Assembly: GCA_963845565.1 (NCBI GenBank)
Contig: CAWJSJ010000002.1
Location: 2,670,713-2,734,712, forward strand
Source: an uncultured Methylomirabilota bacterium
Lineage (GTDB): Bacteria > Methylomirabilota > Methylomirabilia > Methylomirabilales > 2-02-FULL-66-22
DNA: 64,000 nucleotides
Reading direction: 5' to 3'
Positions 50,558 to 60,193 of the stretch are shown here, in pieces; the first letter of the stretch is position 1, and every line of letters starts with the position of its first letter. Both the position numbers and the translations under genes were made by a program. The notes under the pieces are model-generated. The model worked only from the letters and a program-made list of their open reading frames with translations. It searched no databases and was not told where the DNA came from.

Positions 50558-51517
50558 CTACTCCAGGAACGAGCCGTCGATCAGGTCCGTGACCTTGGGC
50601 TTGGCCTTGATCAGCTTCAAGTCAAACCAGACATCCGCGGCCCGCTGGCTGGTCGCGTCCAGCTTGCCCCCGGCGGCGAACCACTCCTTATTCTCCTTTG
50701 CCCCGTAGAAGATGACACCCGCTTTCTCGATGGCGAGGATGTCCGGGGTGAGGTTCGAGAACTTGGCCATGATGGCGTCCGCCTCAGCCGGGTTCGTCTT
50801 CATGAAGGCGATGGCCTCGTTCCACGCGGCGATGATCTTCTTCACGTCGTCGCCCCGCTTGGCCACGAACTCAGGCTTGAATCCCAGGGAGTCGACGATG
50901 ATCCCGGGCGTCTTGTCGCTGGCGTACAGCACGTGACCGTGCGGTGCGTTCTTGGCGCGGTAGAGCCAGGGCTCCCAGGTGATCGCCGCGTCCACTTTCT
51001 CCGCCACGAACGCCGCGCCCGCATCGGGGGCTCGCATGTCCACCATCTTGAGGTCGGAGAGCTTCATTCCATTCTGGGTCAAGACATAGTTGAGCCAGAA
51101 GTAGCTGGCCCCACCACCCATCTGGCCGGCCACGGTCTTGCCTTTCAGGTCTTGGATGGTCTTGATATCCTTCTTGGCCACGATCCCGTCCGCTCCGTGG
51201 GAGGCGTCGAGGACCAGGACCTGCTTGACCGGTATGGGAGTTTCGGCCGCCGCAGTCATCACCAGGGTGTCCACGGTGGTGGCGAATCCCTGGATGCGGT
51301 CGGCGGCGAACGCGGCGCGGCGATCCACCGGACTGTTGATGACGACGACGTCCACATCGAGGCCGCGCTTCTGGAAGAAGCCCTTTTCCTTGGCAAGGTA
51401 GAGAGGCGCGTACCCCAGCCAGATCGACACGCCGATCTTGATGTTCTCACCCGCCGACGCCGTTCCGGCGATCAGGACCGACGCCACCAACAGACCGACC
51501 AGCCACATCTTCTTCAT
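50558..51517 (-). CDS. ABC substrate-binding protein (SsuA/THI5/NMT1-like)
   Basis: Signal peptide; WLGYAPLYLAKEKGFF, DASHGADGIV, VDAAITWEPW. Confidence 0.92.
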   Translation of the reverse strand: MKKMWLVGLLVASVLIAGTASAGENIKIGVSIWLGYAPLYLAKEKGFFQKRGLDVDVVVINSPVDRRAAFAADRIQGFATTVDTLVMTAAAETPIPVKQVLVLDASHGADGIVAKKDIKTIQDLKGKTVAGQMGGGASYFWLNYVLTQNGMKLSDLKMVDMRAPDAGAAFVAEKVDAAITWEPWLYRAKNAPHGHVLYASDKTPGIIVDSLGFKPEFVAKRGDDVKKIIAAWNEAIAFMKTNPAEADAIMAKFSNLTPDILAIEKAGVIFYGAKENKEWFAAGGKLDATSQRAADVWFDLKLIKAKPKVTDLIDGSFLE

Positions 51518-51627
51518 GCGTTCGTCCTCCTCCTGTCACCATGACTATGCGGATGGTGTTCTCGAGCAGCCTCGATGAGGACTCTTCCCGGACCACCAGG
51601 CGGGGTGCAAACTCCCGAGCCGCGCGG

Positions 51628-51655
51628 ATAGTACCACCACACGGGGTTGTGTCAA
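51628..51655 (-). promoter_or_regulatory. Sigma70 promoter of the ABC transporter operon
   Basis: Minus strand TTGACA-N16-TACTAT with a TGn extended -10. Confidence 0.6.
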
Positions 51656-51817
51656 CGGCAAAGTGCCGCGTCTTCCGGCGTTCCGGACCGACGGAGAATC
51701 GAACCCGGCCCCGCATCGAGGGGCGCCGTTTGCACTCTGGACTGGCCAAGTTGACTGCATTCCACTAGACTGCGACCGGCGGGAGATGGTGAGGGCACGG
51801 CGGACAGGAGGTGGACG

Positions 51818-52687
51818 ATGGAACAACGACGGCTGGGGCGGACGGGGCACCTGAGCAGCGTGGTGACCTTCGGGACGGCGGGCATCGGCAAGGTGGACCA
51901 GGCGACGGCGGATCTCGCCGTACAGATGGTGCTCGATCACGGCGTCAACCACTTCGACGTGGCGCCGAGTTACGGGGAGGCGGAGGTGCGACTCAACCCC
52001 TGGATGTCCTGCCTGCGGGAGAAAGGGGTTTTCCTCGGCTGCAAGACCAAGCAACGGACCAAGGACTCGGCCGAGGCGGAGTTGCACCGATCTCTCGAGC
52101 GGCTCGGGACGGATCGGCTCGACCTCTACCAGCTCCACGCGGTGGGCAAGCTCCACGAGCTGGACGAATGCACGGCCAAGGGCGGGGCCCTGGAGGCCCT
52201 GGTCGAGGCGCGCGCGAGTGGGATCGCCCGCTGGCTCGGCATCACCGGCCACACCCACGACGCGCCGCGCACCCACCTGGAGGCGCTGCGCCGGTTCGAT
52301 TTCGACACGGTGATGTTCCCCTTGAACTTTGTCCTGTGGACGAACCCCCAGTATCGCCGGGACGTCGAGGCGCTCTTGGGCGAGTGCGCCCGGAAGGATG
52401 TGGGGGTGCACATCATCAAGACGGTCGCCAAGGACCCCTGGGGGGACCGTCCCAAGACGCACACGACCTGGTACGAGCCCTTCACGGATCAGGCCACCAT
52501 CGATCGGGCGGTGGCGTTCGTCCTGTCCCGGCCGGTCACGACGCTCACCAGCGTCGGCGACGTCACGGTGCTGCCGAAGGTGCTGTCCGCGGCCGAGCGG
52601 TTCCGGCCGCTGGACCCGTCGGGGGAGGAGGCGTTGCTGGCGACGGCGACCGGATACCATTCGCCGTTCGTCGGCACCTGGGCCTGA
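51818..52687 (+). CDS. Aldo/keto reductase
   Basis: RRLGRTG, FDVAPSYG, K, SLERLGTDRLDLYQLH, GITGH. Confidence 0.93.
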   Translation: MEQRRLGRTGHLSSVVTFGTAGIGKVDQATADLAVQMVLDHGVNHFDVAPSYGEAEVRLNPWMSCLREKGVFLGCKTKQRTKDSAEAELHRSLERLGTDRLDLYQLHAVGKLHELDECTAKGGALEALVEARASGIARWLGITGHTHDAPRTHLEALRRFDFDTVMFPLNFVLWTNPQYRRDVEALLGECARKDVGVHIIKTVAKDPWGDRPKTHTTWYEPFTDQATIDRAVAFVLSRPVTTLTSVGDVTVLPKVLSAAERFRPLDPSGEEALLATATGYHSPFVGTWA

Positions 52688-52706
52688 CCGGAGGGGCAGG
52701 AGCCGC

Positions 52707-53342
52707 ATGGACATTCTCGCGCTGCTGGACGAGATCCAGACGATTGCCCGGAACGGGCTCAATTTCACGCCGAATCCCTACGATCGGGAACGGTACGAGC
52801 GGCTACTCCAGGTGGCGGCGACGTACTATGGCCGGGCGCTCGACCTCCCGCCCGCGGCGGCGCGGCAGCGGCTGGTCGGCGAACTCGGATACATCACCCC
52901 GAAGGTGGGAGCGCACGCGGCGGTCTTCGACGCCGGGGGGCAGATCCTGTTGGCCCGGCGCACCGATGACGGGCGCTGGTGCCTGCCGTGCGGGTGGGTC
53001 GAGCCGAACGAGGCGCCCGAAGAGACCGCCGTCCGAGAAACCCGCGAAGAGGTCGGACTGGACGTCCGGGTCCGGATGTTGACCGGCGTCTTCGCGCGCC
53101 GGGCGAACAGCGGCCACGGGCCGCACTCGGCGATTGCCATCGGGTACCTGTGCGAGGTGACCGGCGGAACGCTGCGCACGTCGCACGAGGTTCAAGACGT
53201 CCGGTACTGGCCGATCGCCGACGTCACGGACTGGCACGAGATGCACCTGGAGTACGCGCTGGCGGCCCAGGCCCAGTGGGGCGGGTCGGCGCCTGGGGCG
53301 GCCGGCCGATCTGTGGACGGACAGGAAGGAGAACCTCGATGA
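52707..53342 (+). CDS. Nudix hydrolase with Nudix_N domain (YjhB-like)
   Basis: IQTIARNGL....YDRERY...GYITPKV; Nudix box PCGWVEPNEAPEETAVRETREEVG. Confidence 0.9.
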   Translation: MDILALLDEIQTIARNGLNFTPNPYDRERYERLLQVAATYYGRALDLPPAAARQRLVGELGYITPKVGAHAAVFDAGGQILLARRTDDGRWCLPCGWVEPNEAPEETAVRETREEVGLDVRVRMLTGVFARRANSGHGPHSAIAIGYLCEVTGGTLRTSHEVQDVRYWPIADVTDWHEMHLEYALAAQAQWGGSAPGAAGRSVDGQEGEPR

Positions 53343-54514
53343 ACTGGGAGGCGGCGTACGCCAAGCGGATGGGCCGGGTGCAGCCGTCGCCCATCATGGA
53401 CCTCATCCGGGTGATGGGGAAACGGCAGGTCATCAACTTCGCCTCGGGCCTGCCGGACCCGGTGGGGTTCCCCGTCGAGCGATTGCGCGAGATTTCGGCG
53501 CAGGTCCTGGCCGAGGACTGGAAGGGCGGCCTGCAGTACGGCGAGGCGGAAGGGTATCGCCCCCTGCGGGAGTGGGTGGCGGCGGATCTCGTCCAGCGGG
53601 GCGTCCCGACTGCGGCGGAACAGGTGCTGATCACCAACGGGTCGCAGCAGGGGATCGACCTGCTGGCCCGCGCCCTGCTGGATCCGGGCGATGTGGTGCT
53701 CACGGAGCAGCCGAGCTACCTGGCGGCGCTCCAGGTCTTCGATGCGTGCGAGGCGACGGTGCGCGCGATGCCGATGGACGAAGACGGGGTGGACGCCGAG
53801 GCGACCGCCGCGGCGCTCCGGGCGCCCGGCGTCAAGCTTCTCTACCTCATGCCGAATCACCAGAATCCGTCGGGACGGACGCTGGCCGCCGATCGGCGCC
53901 GCACGGTGCTCCGCGCCGCGGCAGCCGCCGGGGTGCCGGTCCTGGCGGATGAGGCGTATGTCCACCTCCGGTACGATCCGGGCGAACCCGACCTCTTGGC
54001 GGCGGCCGACCCGCAGGCGCCGGTCATCTCCGTCGGCACGTTCAGCAAGACGATCGCGCCGGGGCTCCGCGTCGCGTGGACCGTCGGGCCGGCTCCGCTG
54101 ATCGAGCGTCTCGCGCTCCTGAAGCAGGTGGCGGACCTGCACACCAATTCCTTCTCGCAGCGCGTCGTGTATCGGTACCTTGCCGCCGGGGACCTGCCGG
54201 CGCAGATCGCGCGGCTCCGCGCGGCCTACCGGACGAAGCGGGACAGCTTCCTGGCGGCGCTGGACCGGCACCTCGGCGGTCGCGCAACCTGGACCCGGCC
54301 CGGCGGCGGCATGTTCCTTCTGCTCCGATTGGCGGCAGGCCGATCGGCGGGACAGGTGCTCCCCGCGGCGCTGGATCAGGGCGTGGCCTTCGTGCCGGGG
54401 GCGGCGTTCTTTCCGGGAGGCGGCGGCGAGGACACCATGCGCCTGAATTTCGTCAGCCCGCCGGTCGCGCAGATCGAGGACGGCGTGGCGCGACTGGCCC
54501 GGGCAATCGGCTAG
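53339..54514 (+). CDS. PLP-dependent aminotransferase class I/II (2-aminoadipate transaminase/MocR-like)
   Basis: FASGLP, LQYG, TNGSQQG, HQNPSG, DEAY, TFSKTIAPGLR, PGGGMF. Confidence 0.93.
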   Translation: MNWEAAYAKRMGRVQPSPIMDLIRVMGKRQVINFASGLPDPVGFPVERLREISAQVLAEDWKGGLQYGEAEGYRPLREWVAADLVQRGVPTAAEQVLITNGSQQGIDLLARALLDPGDVVLTEQPSYLAALQVFDACEATVRAMPMDEDGVDAEATAAALRAPGVKLLYLMPNHQNPSGRTLAADRRRTVLRAAAAAGVPVLADEAYVHLRYDPGEPDLLAAADPQAPVISVGTFSKTIAPGLRVAWTVGPAPLIERLALLKQVADLHTNSFSQRVVYRYLAAGDLPAQIARLRAAYRTKRDSFLAALDRHLGGRATWTRPGGGMFLLLRLAAGRSAGQVLPAALDQGVAFVPGAAFFPGGGGEDTMRLNFVSPPVAQIEDGVARLARAIG

Positions 54515-54545
54515 GAGCCGTTACGAAAATCCTTGTCCATTTAGC
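54512..54545 (-). mobile_element. Single-end fragment of the MITE-like element
   Basis: TAGGAGCCGTTACGAAAATCCTTGTCCATTT matches one end of the 34658 and 60844 elements; begins at the aminotransferase TAG. Confidence 0.6.
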
Positions 54546-54557
54546 ACGGGGGAACCG

Positions 54558-55331
54558 ATGCAGATCCGCCTGCTGCGCCACGCGAGCTGTGTCCTGCGAT
54601 TTGGCGACCTCCGTGTGCTGACCGATCCCATGCTCAGCCGCGCGGAGGCCATGGATCCGGTCCAGAACGCCGCCAACACCCGGCGGATTCCGTTGGTCGA
54701 GCTTCCCCTGGATGCCGCGGGGCTGGACGCCCTGATTCGCCGGCTGGACGCCGTGCTGGTCACCCACCTGCACCGCGATCATTTCGACGCTCGGGCCGGC
54801 GAACTGCTCCCCCGGACGCTCCCGGTCCTCTGTCCGCCGCCGGATGCCGGGCACTTCGGGACGCTGGGGTTTGAGGCGGTGGTACCGGTCGAGACGGAGA
54901 CCGAGTGGTGCGGTATCCATTTCACGCGGACGGGCGGCCGGCATGGCACCGGCGACGTCGGCCGGAAGATGGGGGCGGTCTCGGGGTTTGTTCTGCGCGG
55001 CCCGGCGGAGCCGAGTGTGTACCTGGCGGGGGACACGATCTGGTGCGAGGAGGTCCGGGAGGCCATCGATCGCCATCGCCCCGACGTGATCGTGGTAAAC
55101 AGCGGGGCGGCCCAATTCCTGTCCGGCGATCCTATCACGATGACGGCCGAGGATGTGATCCGCGTCTGCCGGGCCGCCCCGGCTGCCACGGTGGTGGCCG
55201 TGCATCTGGGGGCGCTGAATCACTGCCTGCTGACCCGGGCCGATCTGGGGCAGGCCCTCGACGAGGCCGGGCTCCTCTCTCAGGTGCGGATTCCCGCCGA
55301 CGGCGAGACCCTCACGTTTTCCCACCACTAG
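54558..55331 (+). CDS. MBL-fold metallo-hydrolase
   Basis: TDPML, THLHRDH, GRHG, YLAGDT, VH. Confidence 0.92.
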   Translation: MQIRLLRHASCVLRFGDLRVLTDPMLSRAEAMDPVQNAANTRRIPLVELPLDAAGLDALIRRLDAVLVTHLHRDHFDARAGELLPRTLPVLCPPPDAGHFGTLGFEAVVPVETETEWCGIHFTRTGGRHGTGDVGRKMGAVSGFVLRGPAEPSVYLAGDTIWCEEVREAIDRHRPDVIVVNSGAAQFLSGDPITMTAEDVIRVCRAAPAATVVAVHLGALNHCLLTRADLGQALDEAGLLSQVRIPADGETLTFSHH

Positions 55332-55345
55332 CGCGAGGTCGAACG

Positions 55346-56224
55346 ATGTTGCGGATTGCACGGGACCGAATTGTGTATTCGCTCGACAAAGTGCACCCTC
55401 CGGTGGCTGTCATCGACCCGGGGGACGAGGTGTGCTTCGAGACCTGGGATGCGCGCACGGGAACCATCCGGAGCGAACGCGATTTGCTCGACAGGCCCCA
55501 TCCCCTGGGGCCGAATCCCGCCACCGGACCGATTCTCGTCCGCGGCGCCGCGCCCGGCGACGCGCTGGTCGTCACCATCCGAGACATCGCGCTGGCGAAC
55601 CGGGGCTATACCGGGACGCGGCCCGGGAAGGGCGTCCTCGGGCACCTGATTACGGAGCATCGTACGCGGATCTTCGAGGTCGTGGACGGCATGGTCGTTT
55701 TCAACGAGCGGATCCGCTTCCCGGTGCGGCCGATGGTCGGCGTGATCGGTACGGCGCCCGCAGGGGACGGCGTGGCCACGCTCCATCCGGGACCGCACGG
55801 GGGCAACATGGACCACAACGATGTGCGGGTCGGCGCCCGGGTCCACCTGCCCGTGTTTGTCCCCGGGGCGCTCCTCGCCATCGGAGACGTGCACGCGACC
55901 ATGGGCGACGGCGAGATCTCCATCACCGCCCTGGAGATCCCCGGCGAGGTCCGGGTCCAGGTGGACCTCGCCAAGGACGAAGGGATCCGGCGCCCGTGGA
56001 TCGAGTTTCCGGACTGCTGGATCACGACCGGGGACGGACCGGGCATCGCGGAGGCGATCCGCGTGGCAGCCGACGAGATGGCCCACTTCCTGATGCGCCG
56101 CCTGGGATTGTCAGCCGACGAGGCCTACATGCTGCTGTCCGTGCGGGGCGACGCGCGCGTCTCCCAGTGCGCCGAGCCGGCCGTGGTGGCCGCCACGGCC
56201 CGCATGATCATGCCGTGCCTGTGA
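55346..56224 (+). CDS. Acetamidase/formamidase family protein
   Basis: NPATGPI.V.GA.PGD, PMVGVIGTAP, HGGNMD, GDVHATMGDGEI. Confidence 0.92.
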   Translation: MLRIARDRIVYSLDKVHPPVAVIDPGDEVCFETWDARTGTIRSERDLLDRPHPLGPNPATGPILVRGAAPGDALVVTIRDIALANRGYTGTRPGKGVLGHLITEHRTRIFEVVDGMVVFNERIRFPVRPMVGVIGTAPAGDGVATLHPGPHGGNMDHNDVRVGARVHLPVFVPGALLAIGDVHATMGDGEISITALEIPGEVRVQVDLAKDEGIRRPWIEFPDCWITTGDGPGIAEAIRVAADEMAHFLMRRLGLSADEAYMLLSVRGDARVSQCAEPAVVAATARMIMPCL

Positions 56225-56247
56225 CGGCGGCCACGGCGCGTACCCCC

Positions 56248-56538
56248 ATGCCATTCGTCTACATTCTCCGCTGCTCCGACGGCTCGCTCTATACGGGCAT
56301 CGCCAAGGATGTGGCGCGGCGCCTGGCGGAGCATAACGCCGGCCGGGCGTCGCGCTACACCCGGGTTCGCCGACCCGTGAGTATGGCCTGGTCGCGCCGG
56401 GTGCGTTCGTGGAGTCTCGCCCTCAAAGAGGAGTACCGGATCAAGCAAATGCCGCGCGCGGCGAAACTCGCGCTCGTCCGGAGCGGGCCGGGGCGGCCGA
56501 CCGCACCGGCCCGCGGGGCGCGGCGGAGGATCGGATGA
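56248..56538 (+). CDS. GIY-YIG nuclease (UPF0213)
   Basis: FVYILRCSDGSLYTG...RRL..HN.G.A.RYTR.RRPV...ALKEEYRIK. Confidence 0.92.
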   Translation: MPFVYILRCSDGSLYTGIAKDVARRLAEHNAGRASRYTRVRRPVSMAWSRRVRSWSLALKEEYRIKQMPRAAKLALVRSGPGRPTAPARGARRRIG

Positions 56539-58367
56539 GCCGGCTGCCGATCCTGAGCTGCGAGGGCGTCAGCAAGGCGTACGGCGTCCAGCCCCTCTTC
56601 GAGGGGTTGTCGTTCGGCCTGGCCGAAGGGGATCGAGTCGGCCTGGTGGGTCCCAACGGCTCCGGCAAGACGACGCTGCTCAAGGTGCTGGCCGGGATGG
56701 AGCCGCCGGACACCGGGACGCGATCGCAGCGTCGGCTGAGCCGCCTGGGGTACGTGCCCCAGGACCCGACGTTCCCGGGCGACCGCACCGTCGAGGCGAC
56801 GCTGGCCGCGGGGCTTCCGCCGGAGCAGCGCGACGGGTTCGAGGCGGCCGGCCGGATCGCCGCCATGCTGGGGCGGGCCGGATTCCACGATCCGCACCAG
56901 ATGGTGGGCGCCCTCTCCGCCGGGTGGCGCAAGCGGCTGGCCATCGCCTGCGCACTGGTGGCCGCACCCGACGTCCTGCTGATGGACGAGCCGACCAACC
57001 ACCTCGACGTGGAGGGCATCCTGTGGCTCGAGGCCCTCCTGCGGACCGAGGTCCCCGCGTATCTTGTGGTCAGTCACGACCGTTACTTCCTGGAGCACAT
57101 CGCGTCGCGCGTCCTGGAACTGAACCGGTGCTACCCCGGCGGCCTCTTCCAAGCCGAGGGGCGGTACAGCGACTACCTCGTGCGGCGTGACGAGGCCCTG
57201 CGCGAGCAGGCGGTGTATCAGGACACGCTCGCCAACCGGGTCCGGCGCGAGGTGGAATGGCTGCGGCGCGGACCCAAGGCGCGGACTCGCAAGGGGCAAG
57301 CCCGGGTGAAGGCGGCGGGCCGGCTCATCCAGGAGCTGGACGAAGTCCGGGCGCGGGCCGCGGGCGGCACGGCCGGGATCGAGTTCACGGCGTCGGGGCG
57401 TCAGTCCAAGAAGCTCCTGGTGGCGCGGGGCCTCGTCGCATCGGTCGGGGGGCGGCGTCTCCTCACCGGCCTGGATCTGACGCTGACGCCCGGGATGCGG
57501 ATGGGAGTCCTCGGGGCGAGCGGGAGCGGTAAGAGCACGCTGCTCAATCTGCTGGCCGGTACACTTGCTCCGGAGGCCGGTCAGATTGAGCGTGCGGAAG
57601 GATTGCGGCTGGTCCGGTTCGACCAGGAGCGGGAGGGACTCGACCCGACGGTCCGTCTCCGCCGGGCGCTGGCCCCGGAGGGCGATGCCGTCGTCTACCG
57701 GGACCGGTCTGTCCACGTGGTGTCGTGGGCCAAGCGCTTCCTCTTTCAGCCCGAGCAGCTCGAGACGGCGGTGGGCCGCCTCTCCGGCGGAGAGCGGGCC
57801 CGGATCCTGCTCGCGCGGCTGATGCTCCAGCCGGCGGATCTCCTGATCCTCGATGAGCCGACCAACGACCTGGACATCCCCACGCTGGAGGTTCTGGAGG
57901 AAACCCTGACGGACTTCCCGGGGGCGCTGGTCCTCGTCACGCGGGATCGCTTCCTCTTGGAACGCGTCTCGACGCTGGTGTTGGCACTCGACGGTACCGG
58001 CGGCGCCACCTTCTTTGCCGACTATAGCCAGTGGGAGGCAGCGCGGGAGGAGGCCGACCCGGAGGCGAGGGACACGTCGGAGACCTCGGTGCGGCCCAAC
58101 CCCGATACCCCGCCGCAGCGCGCCGCGCGGGAGGGGCTCGATCTGCGGCGGCTGACGTATCTGGAAAAACGGGAGTGGGAGCAGATGGAGGCGACTATCC
58201 TGGACGCGGAAGAGGCACTGGCCGCGTGCCGGGAACAGGCGGAAGACCCCGCCGTGGCTTCCGATTCCGCCGCGCTGCGGGAGCGCTGGGCGGCCCTGGA
58301 GGCGGCACGGGCAGAGGTCGATCGCCTCTACGCGCGTTGGGCAGAACTGGAAGAGAAGCAGCGATGA
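56535..58367 (+). CDS. uup: ABC-F family ATPase (Uup-like)
   Basis: Two NBDs (GPNGSGKT/DEPTNHLD and GASGSGKS/DEPTNDLD), E.EWLRRGPKAR linker, coiled-coil C-terminal domain ending LYARWAELE. Confidence 0.9.
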   Translation: MSRLPILSCEGVSKAYGVQPLFEGLSFGLAEGDRVGLVGPNGSGKTTLLKVLAGMEPPDTGTRSQRRLSRLGYVPQDPTFPGDRTVEATLAAGLPPEQRDGFEAAGRIAAMLGRAGFHDPHQMVGALSAGWRKRLAIACALVAAPDVLLMDEPTNHLDVEGILWLEALLRTEVPAYLVVSHDRYFLEHIASRVLELNRCYPGGLFQAEGRYSDYLVRRDEALREQAVYQDTLANRVRREVEWLRRGPKARTRKGQARVKAAGRLIQELDEVRARAAGGTAGIEFTASGRQSKKLLVARGLVASVGGRRLLTGLDLTLTPGMRMGVLGASGSGKSTLLNLLAGTLAPEAGQIERAEGLRLVRFDQEREGLDPTVRLRRALAPEGDAVVYRDRSVHVVSWAKRFLFQPEQLETAVGRLSGGERARILLARLMLQPADLLILDEPTNDLDIPTLEVLEETLTDFPGALVLVTRDRFLLERVSTLVLALDGTGGATFFADYSQWEAAREEADPEARDTSETSVRPNPDTPPQRAAREGLDLRRLTYLEKREWEQMEATILDAEEALAACREQAEDPAVASDSAALRERWAALEAARAEVDRLYARWAELEEKQR

Positions 58368-58438
58368 ATCATTGGTCGAGGTGGCGGGATCGAGAAAAAG
58401 GGAGCTCTCCGGTACGGATCGGGGGATTCATGGGGATG

Positions 58439-58455
58439 ACGGCACGGACGTTGCA
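58439..58455 (+). promoter_or_regulatory. Candidate sigma54 (-24/-12) promoter
   Basis: ACGGCACGGACGTTGCA: GG-N10-GC spacing with GGCACG and TTGCA cores. Confidence 0.55.
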
Positions 58456-58580
58456 CTGACGGTGTGTCGGTCCGAGGCGTACAGGCGAAACGCTGCCAAG
58501 GCACGGCGTGTCGTCCGGTCCGATCAGTGGGGTGCACGCGGGTGCGCTACCGGGCGGGCATGTGAGGCGGAGGTAGGACA

Positions 58581-58817
58581 ATGCATTATGCGGACGATTC
58601 GCTCGCCCATCTGAGACCGGAGGACCTTGGGCGGGTGCGCTCGTGGGTCGAGGACCGGTTCATCAATGCCGTGTGTCCGCTGGCGCTCCGGCTCAATATG
58701 GAGGCGCCCTGGCAGCTCAGCAAGGACCGCACGCTGCAGGAGGCCCGGCGCACGATCGATCGCGTTCTGGCGGCGGTCGAAGAAGTCCGCCGGATTGACG
58801 GCGGCCCGGACGCGTAA
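58581..58817 (+). CDS. Small hypothetical helical protein
   Basis: 78 aa, GGAGGT RBS, downstream of the sigma54-like site. Confidence 0.55.
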   Translation: MHYADDSLAHLRPEDLGRVRSWVEDRFINAVCPLALRLNMEAPWQLSKDRTLQEARRTIDRVLAAVEEVRRIDGGPDA

Positions 58818-59215
58818 CCCGATTCTTTCTTCCGCCACTCCCACCCGTCGTTTCCCCTTTCCCGCACATCGAAGAGACGTCCCTTAGGCCCTTCCCAATC
58901 CTGTCTGTTCTCCTTTGCCGTTTCCTTCACCTTCACGTGTCGCTCGACACCGGGTCGGCGAGGACCATCCCTCGCCCGGATACTTTCCGGCACGCGATGG
59001 ACAAAATTTGACACCCGATGGTGGCCAGGGCACGCTGGTGACGTGGCCGCGGTGCGCATGAAGGCGTCGCTCCACGACCAGGCCGCCCCTCCTCCGTGGG
59101 TCTCCGCTGCACGAGAGGATTGCGATGACCGGGTCCTTCTGGTAGGGTCATCCCCCAGGGCAACCGACCGTCGTGTGCCTGTGGCAATCCGCACCCCGCC
59201 ATCCTGGAGCCGCGC

Positions 59216-60193
59216 ATGAAGTGCATTGCGATCCTCGACGACTATCAGAACGCGGCGCGGTCCGTTCCGGACTGGCAACGACTGGCGAGCCGTGCCGGCG
59301 TGGAGGTCTTTCGCGATACGCTGGCGGACACCGACGCGCTGGCGCGCCGCCTGGCCCGTTTCGAGATCCTGGTGACGATCCGGGAGCGGACGCGATTCTC
59401 GGCGGCGCTGCTCCGTCGACTGCCCGCCCTGGAACTCCTGGCGCTCACCGGTCGGAACTCGGGACAGGTGGATGTTGCCGCCGCGACGGAGCAGGGGGTG
59501 CTCGTCACCGAGACGGAGGGCTCCGGCGCCTCGCCCGTCGAGCTGACCATGGGGCTCATCCTGGCCGCCGCCCGACGCATTCCCCAGGAGGATCGCGCGC
59601 TCCGGTCCGGCCGCTGGCAGACGAGCGTCGGGGTCGAACTGCGGGGGCAGACGCTCGGAATTCTCGGACTGGGGCGGATCGGCGGCCGGATCGCGGCCTT
59701 CGGGAACTTGCTGGGCATGCGGGTGCTGGCGTGGGGGCCGACGCTGACGGACGAGCGCGCTGCGGCGGCGGGGGTGGCCCGCGTCTCCCTGGAGACGCTC
59801 TTCCGCGAGAGCGACGTGGTCAGCCTGCATCTCCGGCTGTCCGAGATGACGCGCGGCGTGGTGACGGCGGCGCTCCTGTCCCTGATGAAGCCGACCGCCT
59901 TCCTGGTGAACACGGCGCGCGGGCCCCTGGTGGACGAGGCGGCATTGGTCGCAACGCTTCGCGCGCGGCGGATCGCGGGCGCGGCGCTCGACGTGTACGA
60001 CGTCGAGCCGCTGCCCGCGGATCACCCGCTGATCGCACTGGACAACGTGGTGTTGACACCCCACGTCGGATACGTCACCGGCGAGGTGTACCGGATCTTT
60101 TTCCGGCACGTGGTGGAGGCCATTGAGGCCTACCTGGACGGGACGCTGCCGCCCCGGACGGTGAACCCGGAGGTGTGGAGGCGCCCATCATGA
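59216..60193 (+). CDS. D-2-hydroxyacid dehydrogenase family protein
   Basis: AILDDYQ, RERT, GLGRIG, VNTARG, DVY..EPLP, TPHVGY. Confidence 0.93.
   Translation: MKCIAILDDYQNAARSVPDWQRLASRAGVEVFRDTLADTDALARRLARFEILVTIRERTRFSAALLRRLPALELLALTGRNSGQVDVAAATEQGVLVTETEGSGASPVELTMGLILAAARRIPQEDRALRSGRWQTSVGVELRGQTLGILGLGRIGGRIAAFGNLLGMRVLAWGPTLTDERAAAAGVARVSLETLFRESDVVSLHLRLSEMTRGVVTAALLSLMKPTAFLVNTARGPLVDEAALVATLRARRIAGAALDVYDVEPLPADHPLIALDNVVLTPHVGYVTGEVYRIFFRHVVEAIEAYLDGTLPPRTVNPEVWRRPS

Noticed and set aside
51520..51625. Possible guanidine-I (ykkC) or other riboswitch in the leader of the SsuA/THI5-like ABC operon
   Set aside because: Only a GGTCCGGGAAG fragment resembles the motif; the conserved CTAGGGTTCCG and 3' GGGAxAAAAGCCCGGGAG elements are absent.
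51818..58367. AKR-Nudix-aminotransferase-MBL-amidase-GIY-YIG-Uup run as a dedicated pathway or defence island
   Set aside because: All are common housekeeping families with no coherent chemistry or defence-type domains; the UPF0213 GIY-YIG is a widespread stand-alone gene.
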